Shown piece by piece: positions 46,818 through 56,536 of a stretch of 64,000 nucleotides of DNA. This DNA comes from Desulfomonilia bacterium. Lineage in GTDB: Bacteria > Desulfobacterota > Desulfomonilia > UBA1062. The notes under the pieces were generated by a model. It was not told where the DNA came from and ran no database searches. It saw nothing but the letters and a program-made list of their open reading frames with translations. The stretch lies in the NCBI GenBank assembly GCA_963664325.2, contig CAXXDQ010000007.1:896001-960000 (forward strand), given 5' to 3'. The first letter of the stretch is position 1; each line of letters opens with the position of its first letter. Position numbers and translations under genes: made by a program.

Positions 46818-47987
46818 TTATGTTGGCGCCAGTACCAGATCCTCAAGCCTGTCCGGCCAGCTTGTAAGAGATACGCAGCCGTCATCGGTTACAAGAACGG
46901 TATCGGAATGCCTGAATCCTCCCAGACCCGTGATGTATATCCCCGGTTCAATACTTATAACCATGTTTCTTTTAAGGATGGTCTCGCTTCCCATCGCCAC
47001 CCAGGGCGGCTCATGTCCGGTGATACCGAAGCCGTGACCCGTTCTGTGCAGGATATTGTCTTTATAACCGCGGTCTTCGATTACCTTGAGGACTTCCCGG
47101 TCCACTTCAGCTGCTGAAACTCCGGGCCTGACCAGCCTGAATGCATGCGCCCTGGCATCCATCATGGCCTCATACGGATCGCGGGCCTCATCCGGAACCG
47201 ATCCCATGAAAAAGGTCCGCTCGAGTTCAGCGGAATAGCCGTCCGCCTGGACTGCGATAATAACTACATTCGGTCCGCCCTCCTCAAAAAGGTCGAACAA
47301 GCCGGGCATGGAATGGGGCTGTGCGGAAAGTTTATTGGGCCAGACTGCACAGACCGCTTTGCTGACAAGAATATTCGGATTGGGGATCTCGAACAGGATG
47401 CGGGCCAGCATCTGCCTGGTACCCTCAGAGTAGACCGCCAGCTGCTGGGCCCCGGGACGGCTGAGTTCCAGGGCTGTTTTCATACCTGTTTCGAGTATGC
47501 TGCATGCATGTGCGATGCGGCCTACCTCATATTCACTCTTGACCATACGGGCCTCATCCACAATATCGATGACCTTCAGCTTGCCCGGCATAACACCTTT
47601 CAACGAAACTGTAATGGAAGATTCGATACCTACCGTGGCATAATCAGGAATAATCTTTTTTAATGTATCGACATAGGTGCGGCCGGCCGGGGCGGGAAAC
47701 TCATAATAGGTATGGTACTCGACATCCAGAAGGACCCGGTCCCGTGCATGGCTGACTTCCAGATCCGGCGTAACCATGATGGGTTTGTCCGAAGCCGGGA
47801 CCACCATGAAAAAGGGCCTCTCGAACGGTATGTAGGCAAAGTTGGTCAGGTAATATACATTCTCGGTACTGGCGCATACATAATAGCCGAGACCTTCCTT
47901 CGCCATTCGGGACCTCAGGGCGTTTATCCTCGACTGCAATTCCATGGTGGAAGGCTTCTCAGTAATGTGGGGTATTTCGAGGGACAT
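46818..47987 (-). CDS. Xaa-Pro peptidase family M24 protein
   Basis: RMVKSEYE, GYSAELERTF, HRTGHGFG..HEPP, SIEPGIY, GFRHSDTV. Confidence 0.85.
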   Translation of the reverse strand: MSLEIPHITEKPSTMELQSRINALRSRMAKEGLGYYVCASTENVYYLTNFAYIPFERPFFMVVPASDKPIMVTPDLEVSHARDRVLLDVEYHTYYEFPAPAGRTYVDTLKKIIPDYATVGIESSITVSLKGVMPGKLKVIDIVDEARMVKSEYEVGRIAHACSILETGMKTALELSRPGAQQLAVYSEGTRQMLARILFEIPNPNILVSKAVCAVWPNKLSAQPHSMPGLFDLFEEGGPNVVIIAVQADGYSAELERTFFMGSVPDEARDPYEAMMDARAHAFRLVRPGVSAAEVDREVLKVIEDRGYKDNILHRTGHGFGITGHEPPWVAMGSETILKRNMVISIEPGIYITGLGGFRHSDTVLVTDDGCVSLTSWPDRLEDLVLAPT

Positions 47988-48222
47988 CGCAAACTCCTTT
48001 TTCATTGAGATTACCATTGGCCTGCCCCGGGGTAAAGTGCCCATTGCCGAAATCAAAACCCTAAAAACGGCTTCTTGAAGACAGCACTGCTTTTCAACAC
48101 ATACTGAACCTTGTAAATATTGCAATAATTATTGTATTTATCAAAAGAACTTAATGAAAATCATCCAAAGAAATCCGCAAGAAGAACATTTTTAAAAATA
48201 CAATTCGATTGAAGGAGATAAT

Positions 48223-49803
48223 ATGAACAAGGGCCCGAAATCTTTTAAATTCGCCATGCAGCCCGGAGAAGAGTTAATGGAGCTTTGCAGGGTCTTCGGC
48301 ATTTCACAGCCGGATCTGGCCCCGCCGCGCAAGGAGGGCCAGGGGCCGTTCGGCAGACTTGTGCTCAAGAATGCGATGATGATCGACGGAACAGGCGCAC
48401 CGGTCCAGGGACCGTTCAACATCGTAATCAAACGCGACCGGATAGCTGAGATACGTCATGCGATGTTCCTTCTTCCTCCGGAACAGGGGGACCTGGAGAT
48501 AGACTGCACCGGCAAATACGTGCTCCCCGGATTCGTTGACTCCCATGTCCACATAGGAAACCCTTCGGAAGGCTTATGCGGAAAGATCACGCCGCCGGAA
48601 TACATATTCAAGCTCTGGTTGGCGCACGGGGTCACCACTGTAAGGGAATGCGGTGCGCTCATGGGTCTCGACTGGACCCTGGCGCTCGAAAAAAAGAGCG
48701 AGGCAAACGAGATCACCGCGCCCAGGATCGTGTCCTACCCGTCACCGTATACGCCTTATATCGTGACTCAGGTGACCACGGGAGAGGCGGCCCGCGCGTG
48801 GGTCGGCGAAGTGGCTGAAAAAGGCATCAAGGGCATCAAACTGTTCGGGCACTATCCCGAAGTGATGAATGCCGTATATGACGAGTGCAGGACCCGCGGG
48901 CTGCGCAGTTCATGTCATCATACGATAGTATGGGCCAGCCGCGTGAATGCTCTCGATTCATGCCGCATGGGATTGACCAGCATGGAGCATTTCCTGGGGC
49001 TGGCGGAGGCCCTTGACCCCTCCTCCACTGTCCAGAACTTCCTTCCGGACTACAACTATGAAAATGAATCGATGCGCGCCCTGCAGGACGCACGCATGTG
49101 GCGGCCGATCGTACCCGGCAGCCAGCGGTGGAAAGACGTGCTCGACGAGATGCTGGAGCACGGCCTCACAATAGTGCCTACCCTTTCGAGCTGGGAACCC
49201 GGCATGGACGTCATGCGGTACACCTTCTCGGAGTGGCACAAGGACTATACCCTGCCCGCCCTCTGGCGCTTCTTCCAGCCGAGCCTCATGTCCCACTGGT
49301 CTTTCTATTACGACTGGTCCACGGCCTGCGAGATCGAATTCAAGCGCGCCTATCCCAAGTGGATGGCATTTATCAACGACTACAAGAACATGGGCGGCAG
49401 GGTCACGGCAGGGAGCGATTCCGGCTTCGGAATGAAGCTCTTCGGCTTCGATTTCATCCGCGAGCTCGAACTCCTTCAGGAGGCTGGCTTCCATCCGCTC
49501 GAAGTGGTGAGATCTGCGACGCTCGACGGCGCCAGGCTGCTCGGCATGACGGACGAGATAGGCAGCATCGAACCCGGAAAGAAGGCTGATATCCTGGTAA
49601 TAGACGAAAATCCCCTCATGAACTTTAAGGTGCTGTACGGAACCGGACACATGAGAATGGATACGGCCACCGGAGAAGTCAGAAAGATAAAGGCCCTGCG
49701 TTACACCATCAAAGACGGCATCGTCTATGATTCACAGCAGCTTCTGGCAGATGTGGCCGCAATGGTCGAAAGAGAAAAAGAAGCCGAGTCGCAGGCCGGC
49801 TGA
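48223..49803 (+). CDS. Amidohydrolase family protein
   Basis: GKYVLPGFVDSHVH, AGSDSG, GSIEPGKKADI. Confidence 0.85.
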   Translation: MNKGPKSFKFAMQPGEELMELCRVFGISQPDLAPPRKEGQGPFGRLVLKNAMMIDGTGAPVQGPFNIVIKRDRIAEIRHAMFLLPPEQGDLEIDCTGKYVLPGFVDSHVHIGNPSEGLCGKITPPEYIFKLWLAHGVTTVRECGALMGLDWTLALEKKSEANEITAPRIVSYPSPYTPYIVTQVTTGEAARAWVGEVAEKGIKGIKLFGHYPEVMNAVYDECRTRGLRSSCHHTIVWASRVNALDSCRMGLTSMEHFLGLAEALDPSSTVQNFLPDYNYENESMRALQDARMWRPIVPGSQRWKDVLDEMLEHGLTIVPTLSSWEPGMDVMRYTFSEWHKDYTLPALWRFFQPSLMSHWSFYYDWSTACEIEFKRAYPKWMAFINDYKNMGGRVTAGSDSGFGMKLFGFDFIRELELLQEAGFHPLEVVRSATLDGARLLGMTDEIGSIEPGKKADILVIDENPLMNFKVLYGTGHMRMDTATGEVRKIKALRYTIKDGIVYDSQQLLADVAAMVEREKEAESQAG

Positions 49804-49818
49804 TACGGTTATATAATA

Positions 49819-49845
49819 GGCATCGAGCGTATAATGCCCGATGCC
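49819..49845. terminator. Hairpin between convergent genes
   Basis: GGCATCGAGC-N7-GCCCGATGCC. Confidence 0.5.
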
Positions 49846-49853
49846 GTCCCTTG

Positions 49854-51419
49854 TTAATCTTCCGGCGGATAACCCGTTATCTGTCCTATCCTCTTGTTGA
49901 GAGGTGCAATTATTTCAAAATTCTTTTTATAAACATCATTGAAAAGCTCGCTATATATATTGTGAGTCTGTGCATTCGGTTCGAACTTTCTGCCAGTCCG
50001 TACCATGGCTTTCACTGCATCCTCAAATGAACCGTAGATGCCGACACCTACGGCTGCATCTATTGCGGCGCCAAGAGCGGATATTTCTGTAGTGGCCATA
50101 CGGTATGTAGGCAGGTTGAACATGTCGGCTGCAATCTGTACTGCCACGTCGCTCCTCGAACCGCCTCCGCCGACCCTTATCTCTTTGATCTCAACGCCGG
50201 TTTTGACTGTTACCACTTCGTTCATGCGCCTCAATTCGAATGCTATGCCCTCAAGGATCGCCCTGTAAATGTGCGCCCTTGTATGGACATCGCCGAATCC
50301 GATGATGGAACCTTTGGCATACTTGTCATTGACAAGCGGCGACCAGTAAGGCTGAACCATCAGACCCATGCAGCCGGGTGGAATGTTTTTTATCACCTCA
50401 TCGAATATGACCTCTGGCGCCACACCGCGCTTCTCCGCCTCCAATGCCTCCCTGAGGCCAAATTCCTGCTTGAACCATGTGACCATCCAGAAACCGCGGA
50501 AGATGAACATCTCAATGTCCCAGGTCCTGGGAATGGCTGCAGGCCATGTGAAAAACCTCATTTTGCTGTCTTCGATATACTTTCTTGTAATAACCTCCAT
50601 TGCCGTTGCGGTACCGAAACTGATTACCGCTATCTTCGGGTCAATGGCGCCCGCGCCCAGGAGTTCGCATTGTTTGTCCCCTGCCCCCACTACAACAGGA
50701 AGGCCTTCAGGAATGCCTGTTTCAGCGGATGCCTTTTTTGTGATATGACCTATAATTTCATTCGGCTCGCACAGATCGACACAATGGTCCTGTCTCATTC
50801 CGAATGTTTCATAGACGAACCCAAGGGCGCTGCCATACCAGGAGAGTTTCTTATAATCAAAAGGCCATATGCCGGTTATCATGCCTTTCGAATCCTTGAA
50901 TTCGTCAGTAAGCTTCTTGACGAAGAACCCTGTTACCTGAACGAACTTGTGAGTCTTTGCGTAGATTTCCGGCTCGTTCTCTTTTATCCACAGGAATTTG
51001 GAATTCTTCTGTGCATAACGTATTGTTTCTGTCTTGCCCATCAATCCGAATGCTATCTTGCCGATGGTGGGAAGCGGAGGAGGATCGTTAACCGTCCGGT
51101 TGTCAAGCCAGATTATACCCGGACGGAGGGCATTCCCGTCTTTATCCATGGGAATTACCGTGTTCCTCTGGCTTGTTATTCCGACAGCGCCTATCTCCGC
51201 CTTATCAATTTTGACCTTGTCCAGAAGGGCGCTGCAGACAAGACAGAGCTTGCCCCAGTAGTCTTCAGTCCTCTGCTCGGCCCATCCGGGATTCAGGGAA
51301 AAATATGGTTCATACTGTGCCTGTTCGATTCCTAGTTCATTACCTTCCTTGTCGAACAGGACCGCCCTTATACTCTGTGTTCCGGAATCAATTGCCAGGA
51401 TATACTTTTTTTCTGCCAC
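49854..51419 (-). CDS. FGGY-family carbohydrate kinase
   Basis: LAIDSGTQS, PGWAEQ, I.WLD.R, GAGDKQ, VGGGGSRS. Confidence 0.9.
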   Translation of the reverse strand: MAEKKYILAIDSGTQSIRAVLFDKEGNELGIEQAQYEPYFSLNPGWAEQRTEDYWGKLCLVCSALLDKVKIDKAEIGAVGITSQRNTVIPMDKDGNALRPGIIWLDNRTVNDPPPLPTIGKIAFGLMGKTETIRYAQKNSKFLWIKENEPEIYAKTHKFVQVTGFFVKKLTDEFKDSKGMITGIWPFDYKKLSWYGSALGFVYETFGMRQDHCVDLCEPNEIIGHITKKASAETGIPEGLPVVVGAGDKQCELLGAGAIDPKIAVISFGTATAMEVITRKYIEDSKMRFFTWPAAIPRTWDIEMFIFRGFWMVTWFKQEFGLREALEAEKRGVAPEVIFDEVIKNIPPGCMGLMVQPYWSPLVNDKYAKGSIIGFGDVHTRAHIYRAILEGIAFELRRMNEVVTVKTGVEIKEIRVGGGGSRSDVAVQIAADMFNLPTYRMATTEISALGAAIDAAVGVGIYGSFEDAVKAMVRTGRKFEPNAQTHNIYSELFNDVYKKNFEIIAPLNKRIGQITGYPPED

Positions 51420-51597
51420 TTTGCCCTCCTGGAAAAATATTTAACCTCAATAATAATCAGCAACATCATGAAACAGAAGTATTGGCAAGATAATTTGTAC
51501 CATTATTCTACCAGTTGCGGTCATATTCAATTTTTTCTTTACTTGATAAGCCGATTTATGGTTTATCTCACAATTACGCATAAAGGAGGTAAACGCG

Positions 51598-51786
51598 ATG
51601 GGAACGTTTAGCGTATGGCACCTGATAATTCTTCTGGTTGTAGTGCTTATCATCTTCGGCGCAGGTAAATTGCCCGAGGTGGGGCAGGCACTCGGCAAAG
51701 GCATAAAGAACTTTAAAAGCGCAATGAATGAAGAAGAAAAAAACCTGAAAGGCAACCTGGAAGACAAGAACAAACCGTCTAATTAA
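51598..51786 (+). CDS. tatA: Twin-arginine translocase TatA/E
   Basis: [34 protein letters not shown]; RBS AAGGAGG. Confidence 0.9.
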   Translation: MGTFSVWHLIILLVVVLIIFGAGKLPEVGQALGKGIKNFKSAMNEEEKNLKGNLEDKNKPSN

Positions 51787-51795
51787 ATACAGTTC

Positions 51796-51819
51796 AGAGC
51801 AGGTGTTCTTACCTGCTCT
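51796..51819 (+). terminator. Stem-loop after tatA
   Basis: AGAGCAGGT-gttctt-ACCTGCTCT perfect 9-bp stem. Confidence 0.55.
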
Positions 51820-51943
51820 TCAACATTTCACAACCCTGGAAAAATCGTTTAAGTTCAAATTTTTTTCAACTTCATTTTATTGTTAAAAGATTTTAAGCAA
51901 TTTAATTATGCAACATCATGCATTTTTCTGATAAAATTATTCA

Positions 51944-54025
51944 ATGCGCCCATTAATCTCATTTGTAACACGACATCCTCGAATTGTCCTTCTTATAGGA
52001 ATTCTGCTGGCGGTCCCGCTTGCCTATATGAAGCAGATGACGCCTCTCAACTATGATATCTTCACCTATATGCCGGAGGATGTGGAATCGGTTAAGGGAC
52101 AGCAGATACTTCATGAAAATTTCAAGACATCGAACACAGCATACATCCTTCTGAACTCAACGAATGTCCCGTTTGTACTGAAAATACAAAAGGATGTCGG
52201 CAAGGTGAAGGGCGTTCAGCGCGTCTCATGGATAAACGAGGTCGTCGATCCGAGCGTACCGGACAGTTTCATCCCCCAGCAGCTCCTTGGCATTTATAAA
52301 AAAGGCAACTACTCGCTGCTGCATATCTCGTTTGCTGAACCGAGTTCATCTGCAGTCACTCTCGAAGCCATTAAAGAAATCAAATCCTATCTTGGGAAAC
52401 AGGCCACAGCCTTCACAGGCCTGCCTATTTTCCTTTATGAGCTTAGAGAACTCATGGAAAGTGAGAAGCTCATTACATTCATGGCAGCGGCATGTTTCTC
52501 CTCGTTCGTGATCGGCATTTCACTCGGTTCATGGGCAATCCCGATTATATTCATGCTCTCCATCGGAATCGGGGTAATCTACAACCTCGGCACGAACTAC
52601 TTCATGGGCGAGGTTTCATACATAACAAGTGCAATCGCCTCCGCCATTCAGCTGGGTGTGATTCAGGACTTTTCCATTTTCCTGATCCACCGTTATCATG
52701 AGGAAAAAAAGCTTATCCCTGACCCTCAAATGGCCATGGAGGCAGCCATTACAAATACGCTTCCGGCCATTCTGCCTTCGGCCCTGACATGCATGGCCGG
52801 ATTTCTTGCGCTCATTCTCATGAAAATGAGGCTGGGCCTTGATATGGGGTTTGTCATGGCAAAGGGTGTTTTCATGGGCCTTGTAGTAACGATGACGCTC
52901 CTTCCGGCAATGCTGCTCGTGGCCAACCGCTTTGTCAAAACAAGGGGTGAAAAGGCTGCAAGCTCAGTCGGTACGAGAATATCTACGTTTCTTGTCAACA
53001 ACTCCGGCAAGATCACGGTCTTGTTCATCCTTCTCTTCATTCCCATGATCTGGGGTAAAACCCATGTGAAGATCTCTTATGACCTGGATGAGATGCTCCC
53101 GAGAAATCTCGAATCCATCAAGTGTCTTAAGACGATCAAGAACGTCCTTGGCTCGATGGAAATTTCCTATATAGTGTTCCCTGATACGATTCCGCGCTTC
53201 AGGCAGGAGCAGGCTGTTAAAGAAATCAAAAAGCTGAAGGGCGTAACAAGCGTGATCGCGCTCACATCCCTTGCAGATTCCGCAGTTCCCGAAAGCTTCA
53301 TCCCGGATAAGGCCAAAAGCCTTTTTTCCAAGGGCGGCTATTCCATGATCATGGTCAAGTTCTCGGATGAACCCGGAAGCACAGTGAGCAATCAGGCCGT
53401 CGATTCCATCAGGTCAGTCGTAAAAGCAGCCGGCATCAGTCCTTCATGGCTTGCCGGAACCACACCGATCAACAAGGACATGATGGATATATCAAAAAGG
53501 GATATCCCGGTTGTCGACATGGCGTCCCTGATAAGCATCATCGTGATAATCGCCCTGTTCATGCGTTCCGTCTCCATACCCTTTGTCCTCGTAGCTGCAA
53601 TCGAGCTTGCCATTTATACAAACCTGAGCATCCCGTATGCAATGGGCCGTTCAATACCCTTTTTGACCATAACCAGCATTTCTTCCATACAGCTGGCAAC
53701 AACAGTGGATTTCTCAATCCTGCTAATGACCCGGTACAGCCAGTGGAGAAAAAAACTGCCCAAGAAAGAGGCCATGATAAAGGCGCTCTCAGGCGGGATG
53801 GGCGCGATAACGATCTCGGGATTGAGCCTGGCCGCAGCCACAAGCGGCATAGCCCTTACGTCGCATGTAAGCGCCGTATCATCTCTTACGCTTATGATTG
53901 CCCGCGGGGCGCTAATATCGACTGCTGTTATTGTATTCCTGCTTCCTTCATTCATCCTCGCCTGCGACAAGATAATCACTCATACGAGTATGGGATTTTT
54001 GAAAAAGAAAGGAGAAGTTGCTTGA
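51944..54025 (+). CDS. MMPL/RND family transporter
   Basis: Two-repeat topology with IQLGVIQDFSIFLIHRY and IQLATTVDFSILLMTRY. Confidence 0.85.
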   Translation: MRPLISFVTRHPRIVLLIGILLAVPLAYMKQMTPLNYDIFTYMPEDVESVKGQQILHENFKTSNTAYILLNSTNVPFVLKIQKDVGKVKGVQRVSWINEVVDPSVPDSFIPQQLLGIYKKGNYSLLHISFAEPSSSAVTLEAIKEIKSYLGKQATAFTGLPIFLYELRELMESEKLITFMAAACFSSFVIGISLGSWAIPIIFMLSIGIGVIYNLGTNYFMGEVSYITSAIASAIQLGVIQDFSIFLIHRYHEEKKLIPDPQMAMEAAITNTLPAILPSALTCMAGFLALILMKMRLGLDMGFVMAKGVFMGLVVTMTLLPAMLLVANRFVKTRGEKAASSVGTRISTFLVNNSGKITVLFILLFIPMIWGKTHVKISYDLDEMLPRNLESIKCLKTIKNVLGSMEISYIVFPDTIPRFRQEQAVKEIKKLKGVTSVIALTSLADSAVPESFIPDKAKSLFSKGGYSMIMVKFSDEPGSTVSNQAVDSIRSVVKAAGISPSWLAGTTPINKDMMDISKRDIPVVDMASLISIIVIIALFMRSVSIPFVLVAAIELAIYTNLSIPYAMGRSIPFLTITSISSIQLATTVDFSILLMTRYSQWRKKLPKKEAMIKALSGGMGAITISGLSLAAATSGIALTSHVSAVSSLTLMIARGALISTAVIVFLLPSFILACDKIITHTSMGFLKKKGEVA

Positions 54026-55431
54026 AAAAGGCTATCTTTATAACCATGCTGATAATGCTTGCGGTTTCACCCCTTTCAGCCAGGAGCCTCTGCCGCAATG
54101 AAACCGTATATGTCAATCTTGACGCATCGGGGAACCCGCAGAAAACGGAAGTTGTAACATGGCTCAGGACTGACGGGAGAAACCCTTCGTCGGATACAAC
54201 GATACTCACAGACATAAAAAACATCAAAAGCGAGACTGTACCGGTTAAAAAAGGCGATTGTTATTCATTTTACACGAACGACACTGACATATTCTATTCA
54301 GGCACCCCGGACAAGGCCCTGCCCGTGTCAGCCCGGATCGTTTATTTCATGAACGGCCGGCAGGCCGACCCTTTGAAGCTGAAAGGCTTGAAGGGAAAAC
54401 TTGAAATAAGGATGACCATCCTTAACAACACATCAATAGCCGGCGCGGTAAGATACCGTGAAATCGGAAGCGGCGTGATGAAAAAATCTCCTGCAAAGCT
54501 GGCTGTTCCTTTTATGGTCATGGTATCCACAGACCTGCCCATTGAGAACTATGGCAATATCGATGCGCCCCAGGGTGCATATGCCGTTGTAGGCGACCAG
54601 ATCAAAATGAACTGGCTTGTTTTCCCGTTCCCTAAAGAAACAATATCATTGAAAGCGGATGTTGCGGGTTTCAAGATACCGTCCATAATGTTTACGGCAA
54701 TACCCAAAATGCCGCCGCTTCCAAAGGTCGATGTGGAAGGCAGGATGAATAAGATTTATAACGGGGTAAGCCAGGTGGGAGGATTCCTTAAAAAGGCCGA
54801 GGCGGGTGCTGTGGAAATGAATGACGGCCATAAAAAACTGAGAAACGCCCTTGCTCAAATGGATGACGGTACATCGAAACTCATACAGGCAAGCGAGGCC
54901 CAGGCTGAAATGACCAAAGGGGCGGTCACCATTAACCGCGGGCTTTCTGAAAATCTTGCCAAATTGAAGAAAGTGCCGTTCATGTCGGCAAAGGCCGATA
55001 AGGCCGTAGGCTACCTGGACATTCAGGCGAAATTTCTTGAACTGCTGGTCTCGGGAGGACAGTTTCCTGAAGATGTGCTTTCTTTCTTGAGAAAGAACGG
55101 CAGGCCCGAACCGCCGGTTAAAGAATTTCCCGGAATAAAAGTGACCGAGGAAGGCATCCGGCGCCTTAATGATGGAATAAAGCAGATGTCGGCCGGTGCA
55201 GTACTTCTCGAAAGAGGATCCGGCCGCCTGCAGGACGGCCTGTCCAAAATACGCACGGAAGGAACGGATAAAATCATGGCGGGCATACAGGAAGGGGCTG
55301 ATCCGCTCATGAAACAGCTTGCAACCATTGACACCGGCTATATAATGGCACAAAAGTATGACAGATTCTCAGGCAGGCAGTCGGATGTTAAAAGCTCCGT
55401 TGAATTTATCATGAAGACACCCGGAGAATAA
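54022..55431 (+). CDS. Exported protein associated with the MMPL transporter (YhgE/Pip-like heptad repeats)
   Basis: TTG start overlapping the MMPL stop after AAAGGAG; signal peptide; ETVYVNLDASG; L.DG...L repeats; SVEFIMKT tail. Confidence 0.65.
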   Translation: MKKAIFITMLIMLAVSPLSARSLCRNETVYVNLDASGNPQKTEVVTWLRTDGRNPSSDTTILTDIKNIKSETVPVKKGDCYSFYTNDTDIFYSGTPDKALPVSARIVYFMNGRQADPLKLKGLKGKLEIRMTILNNTSIAGAVRYREIGSGVMKKSPAKLAVPFMVMVSTDLPIENYGNIDAPQGAYAVVGDQIKMNWLVFPFPKETISLKADVAGFKIPSIMFTAIPKMPPLPKVDVEGRMNKIYNGVSQVGGFLKKAEAGAVEMNDGHKKLRNALAQMDDGTSKLIQASEAQAEMTKGAVTINRGLSENLAKLKKVPFMSAKADKAVGYLDIQAKFLELLVSGGQFPEDVLSFLRKNGRPEPPVKEFPGIKVTEEGIRRLNDGIKQMSAGAVLLERGSGRLQDGLSKIRTEGTDKIMAGIQEGADPLMKQLATIDTGYIMAQKYDRFSGRQSDVKSSVEFIMKTPGE

Positions 55432-55457
55432 TTTTAAAGACTGGAGGGGATAACAAG

Positions 55458-56528
55458 ATGAGCATGAAAATCAATATCATGAAGCATGAAAAACCCAAGG
55501 AAAAACCTCATCACAGCATCCTTGGCTTTGGCAAGCACTTCACGGACCACATGTTTATAATGGACTACAATGAGGAAAAATCCTGGCATGATCCCAGGAT
55601 TGTTCCTTACGGACCTATAACTCTTGACCCCTCAACCGCAGTCCTGCACTATGGCCAGGCCATTTTCGAAGGCATGAAGGCCTATGTCTCCGAAGACAAG
55701 AGGATACTGCTTTTCAGGCCCGACAAGAACATCCAGAGGATGAATGCAACCTGCGAAAGGATGTGCATCCCCCTGCTGGATGAGAATTTTGTCCTTGATG
55801 CCATTAAGGCATTTGTAAAATATGAAGACCACTGGATTCCAACGGCTCCTGAAACATCGCTTTATATAAGGCCGTTCATCTTTGCAACCGACCCGTATCT
55901 TGGAGTCAGGCCGTCTGCAACGTACAAGTTCATGATCATTCATTCACCTGTAGGGGCCTATTACCCGCAGGGCATAAATCCTGTTAATATTTATGTCGAA
56001 ACCAAATATGTCAGGGCCGTGCCAGGAGGAACGGGCAATATAAAGACCAGCGGGAACTATGCTGCAAGTTTGAAGGCACAGGCCGAAGCCTCACAGAAGG
56101 GCTATATCCAGGTTCTCTGGCTTGACGGCGTAAACAGGAAATATATCGAGGAAGTCGGTTCAATGAATGTTTTTTTCAAGATAAAAGGCGAAGTCATTAC
56201 ACCTTCGCTCGAAGGCAGCATCCTGCCGGGCGTCACAAGAGACTCCGTAATCATGCTCCTGAAGGATGAAGGCATCCCTGTTCAGGAAAGAAAGATATCG
56301 ATTGACGAGGTTTTCAATGCCTTTGAAAAAGGCGAGCTTGAAGAGGCATTCGGGACAGGTACGGCCGCAGTCATATCTCCAATCGGTGTTCTTGACTGGG
56401 CCGGAAGGGACATTCTAGTCAATGACGGCAAGATCGGACAACTCTCGCAGCATCTTTACACTACCCTTACAGGTATACAGTTCGGCCGGATTCATGATAA
56501 ATTCGGATGGACCGTTGAGGTGAAGTAA
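55458..56528 (+). CDS. ilvE: Branched-chain amino acid aminotransferase
   Basis: LHYGQAIFEGMKAY, LYIRPF, KTSGNYAAS, EEVGSMN, ILPGVTRDS, GTAAVISP. Confidence 0.95.
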   Translation: MSMKINIMKHEKPKEKPHHSILGFGKHFTDHMFIMDYNEEKSWHDPRIVPYGPITLDPSTAVLHYGQAIFEGMKAYVSEDKRILLFRPDKNIQRMNATCERMCIPLLDENFVLDAIKAFVKYEDHWIPTAPETSLYIRPFIFATDPYLGVRPSATYKFMIIHSPVGAYYPQGINPVNIYVETKYVRAVPGGTGNIKTSGNYAASLKAQAEASQKGYIQVLWLDGVNRKYIEEVGSMNVFFKIKGEVITPSLEGSILPGVTRDSVIMLLKDEGIPVQERKISIDEVFNAFEKGELEEAFGTGTAAVISPIGVLDWAGRDILVNDGKIGQLSQHLYTTLTGIQFGRIHDKFGWTVEVK

Positions 56529-56536
56529 AACAGGTA

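Noticed and set aside
53446-54021. N-terminal extension making a 661-aa ORF
   Set aside because: It overlaps the MMPL gene out of frame; the RBS, TTG and signal peptide indicate a start at 54022.
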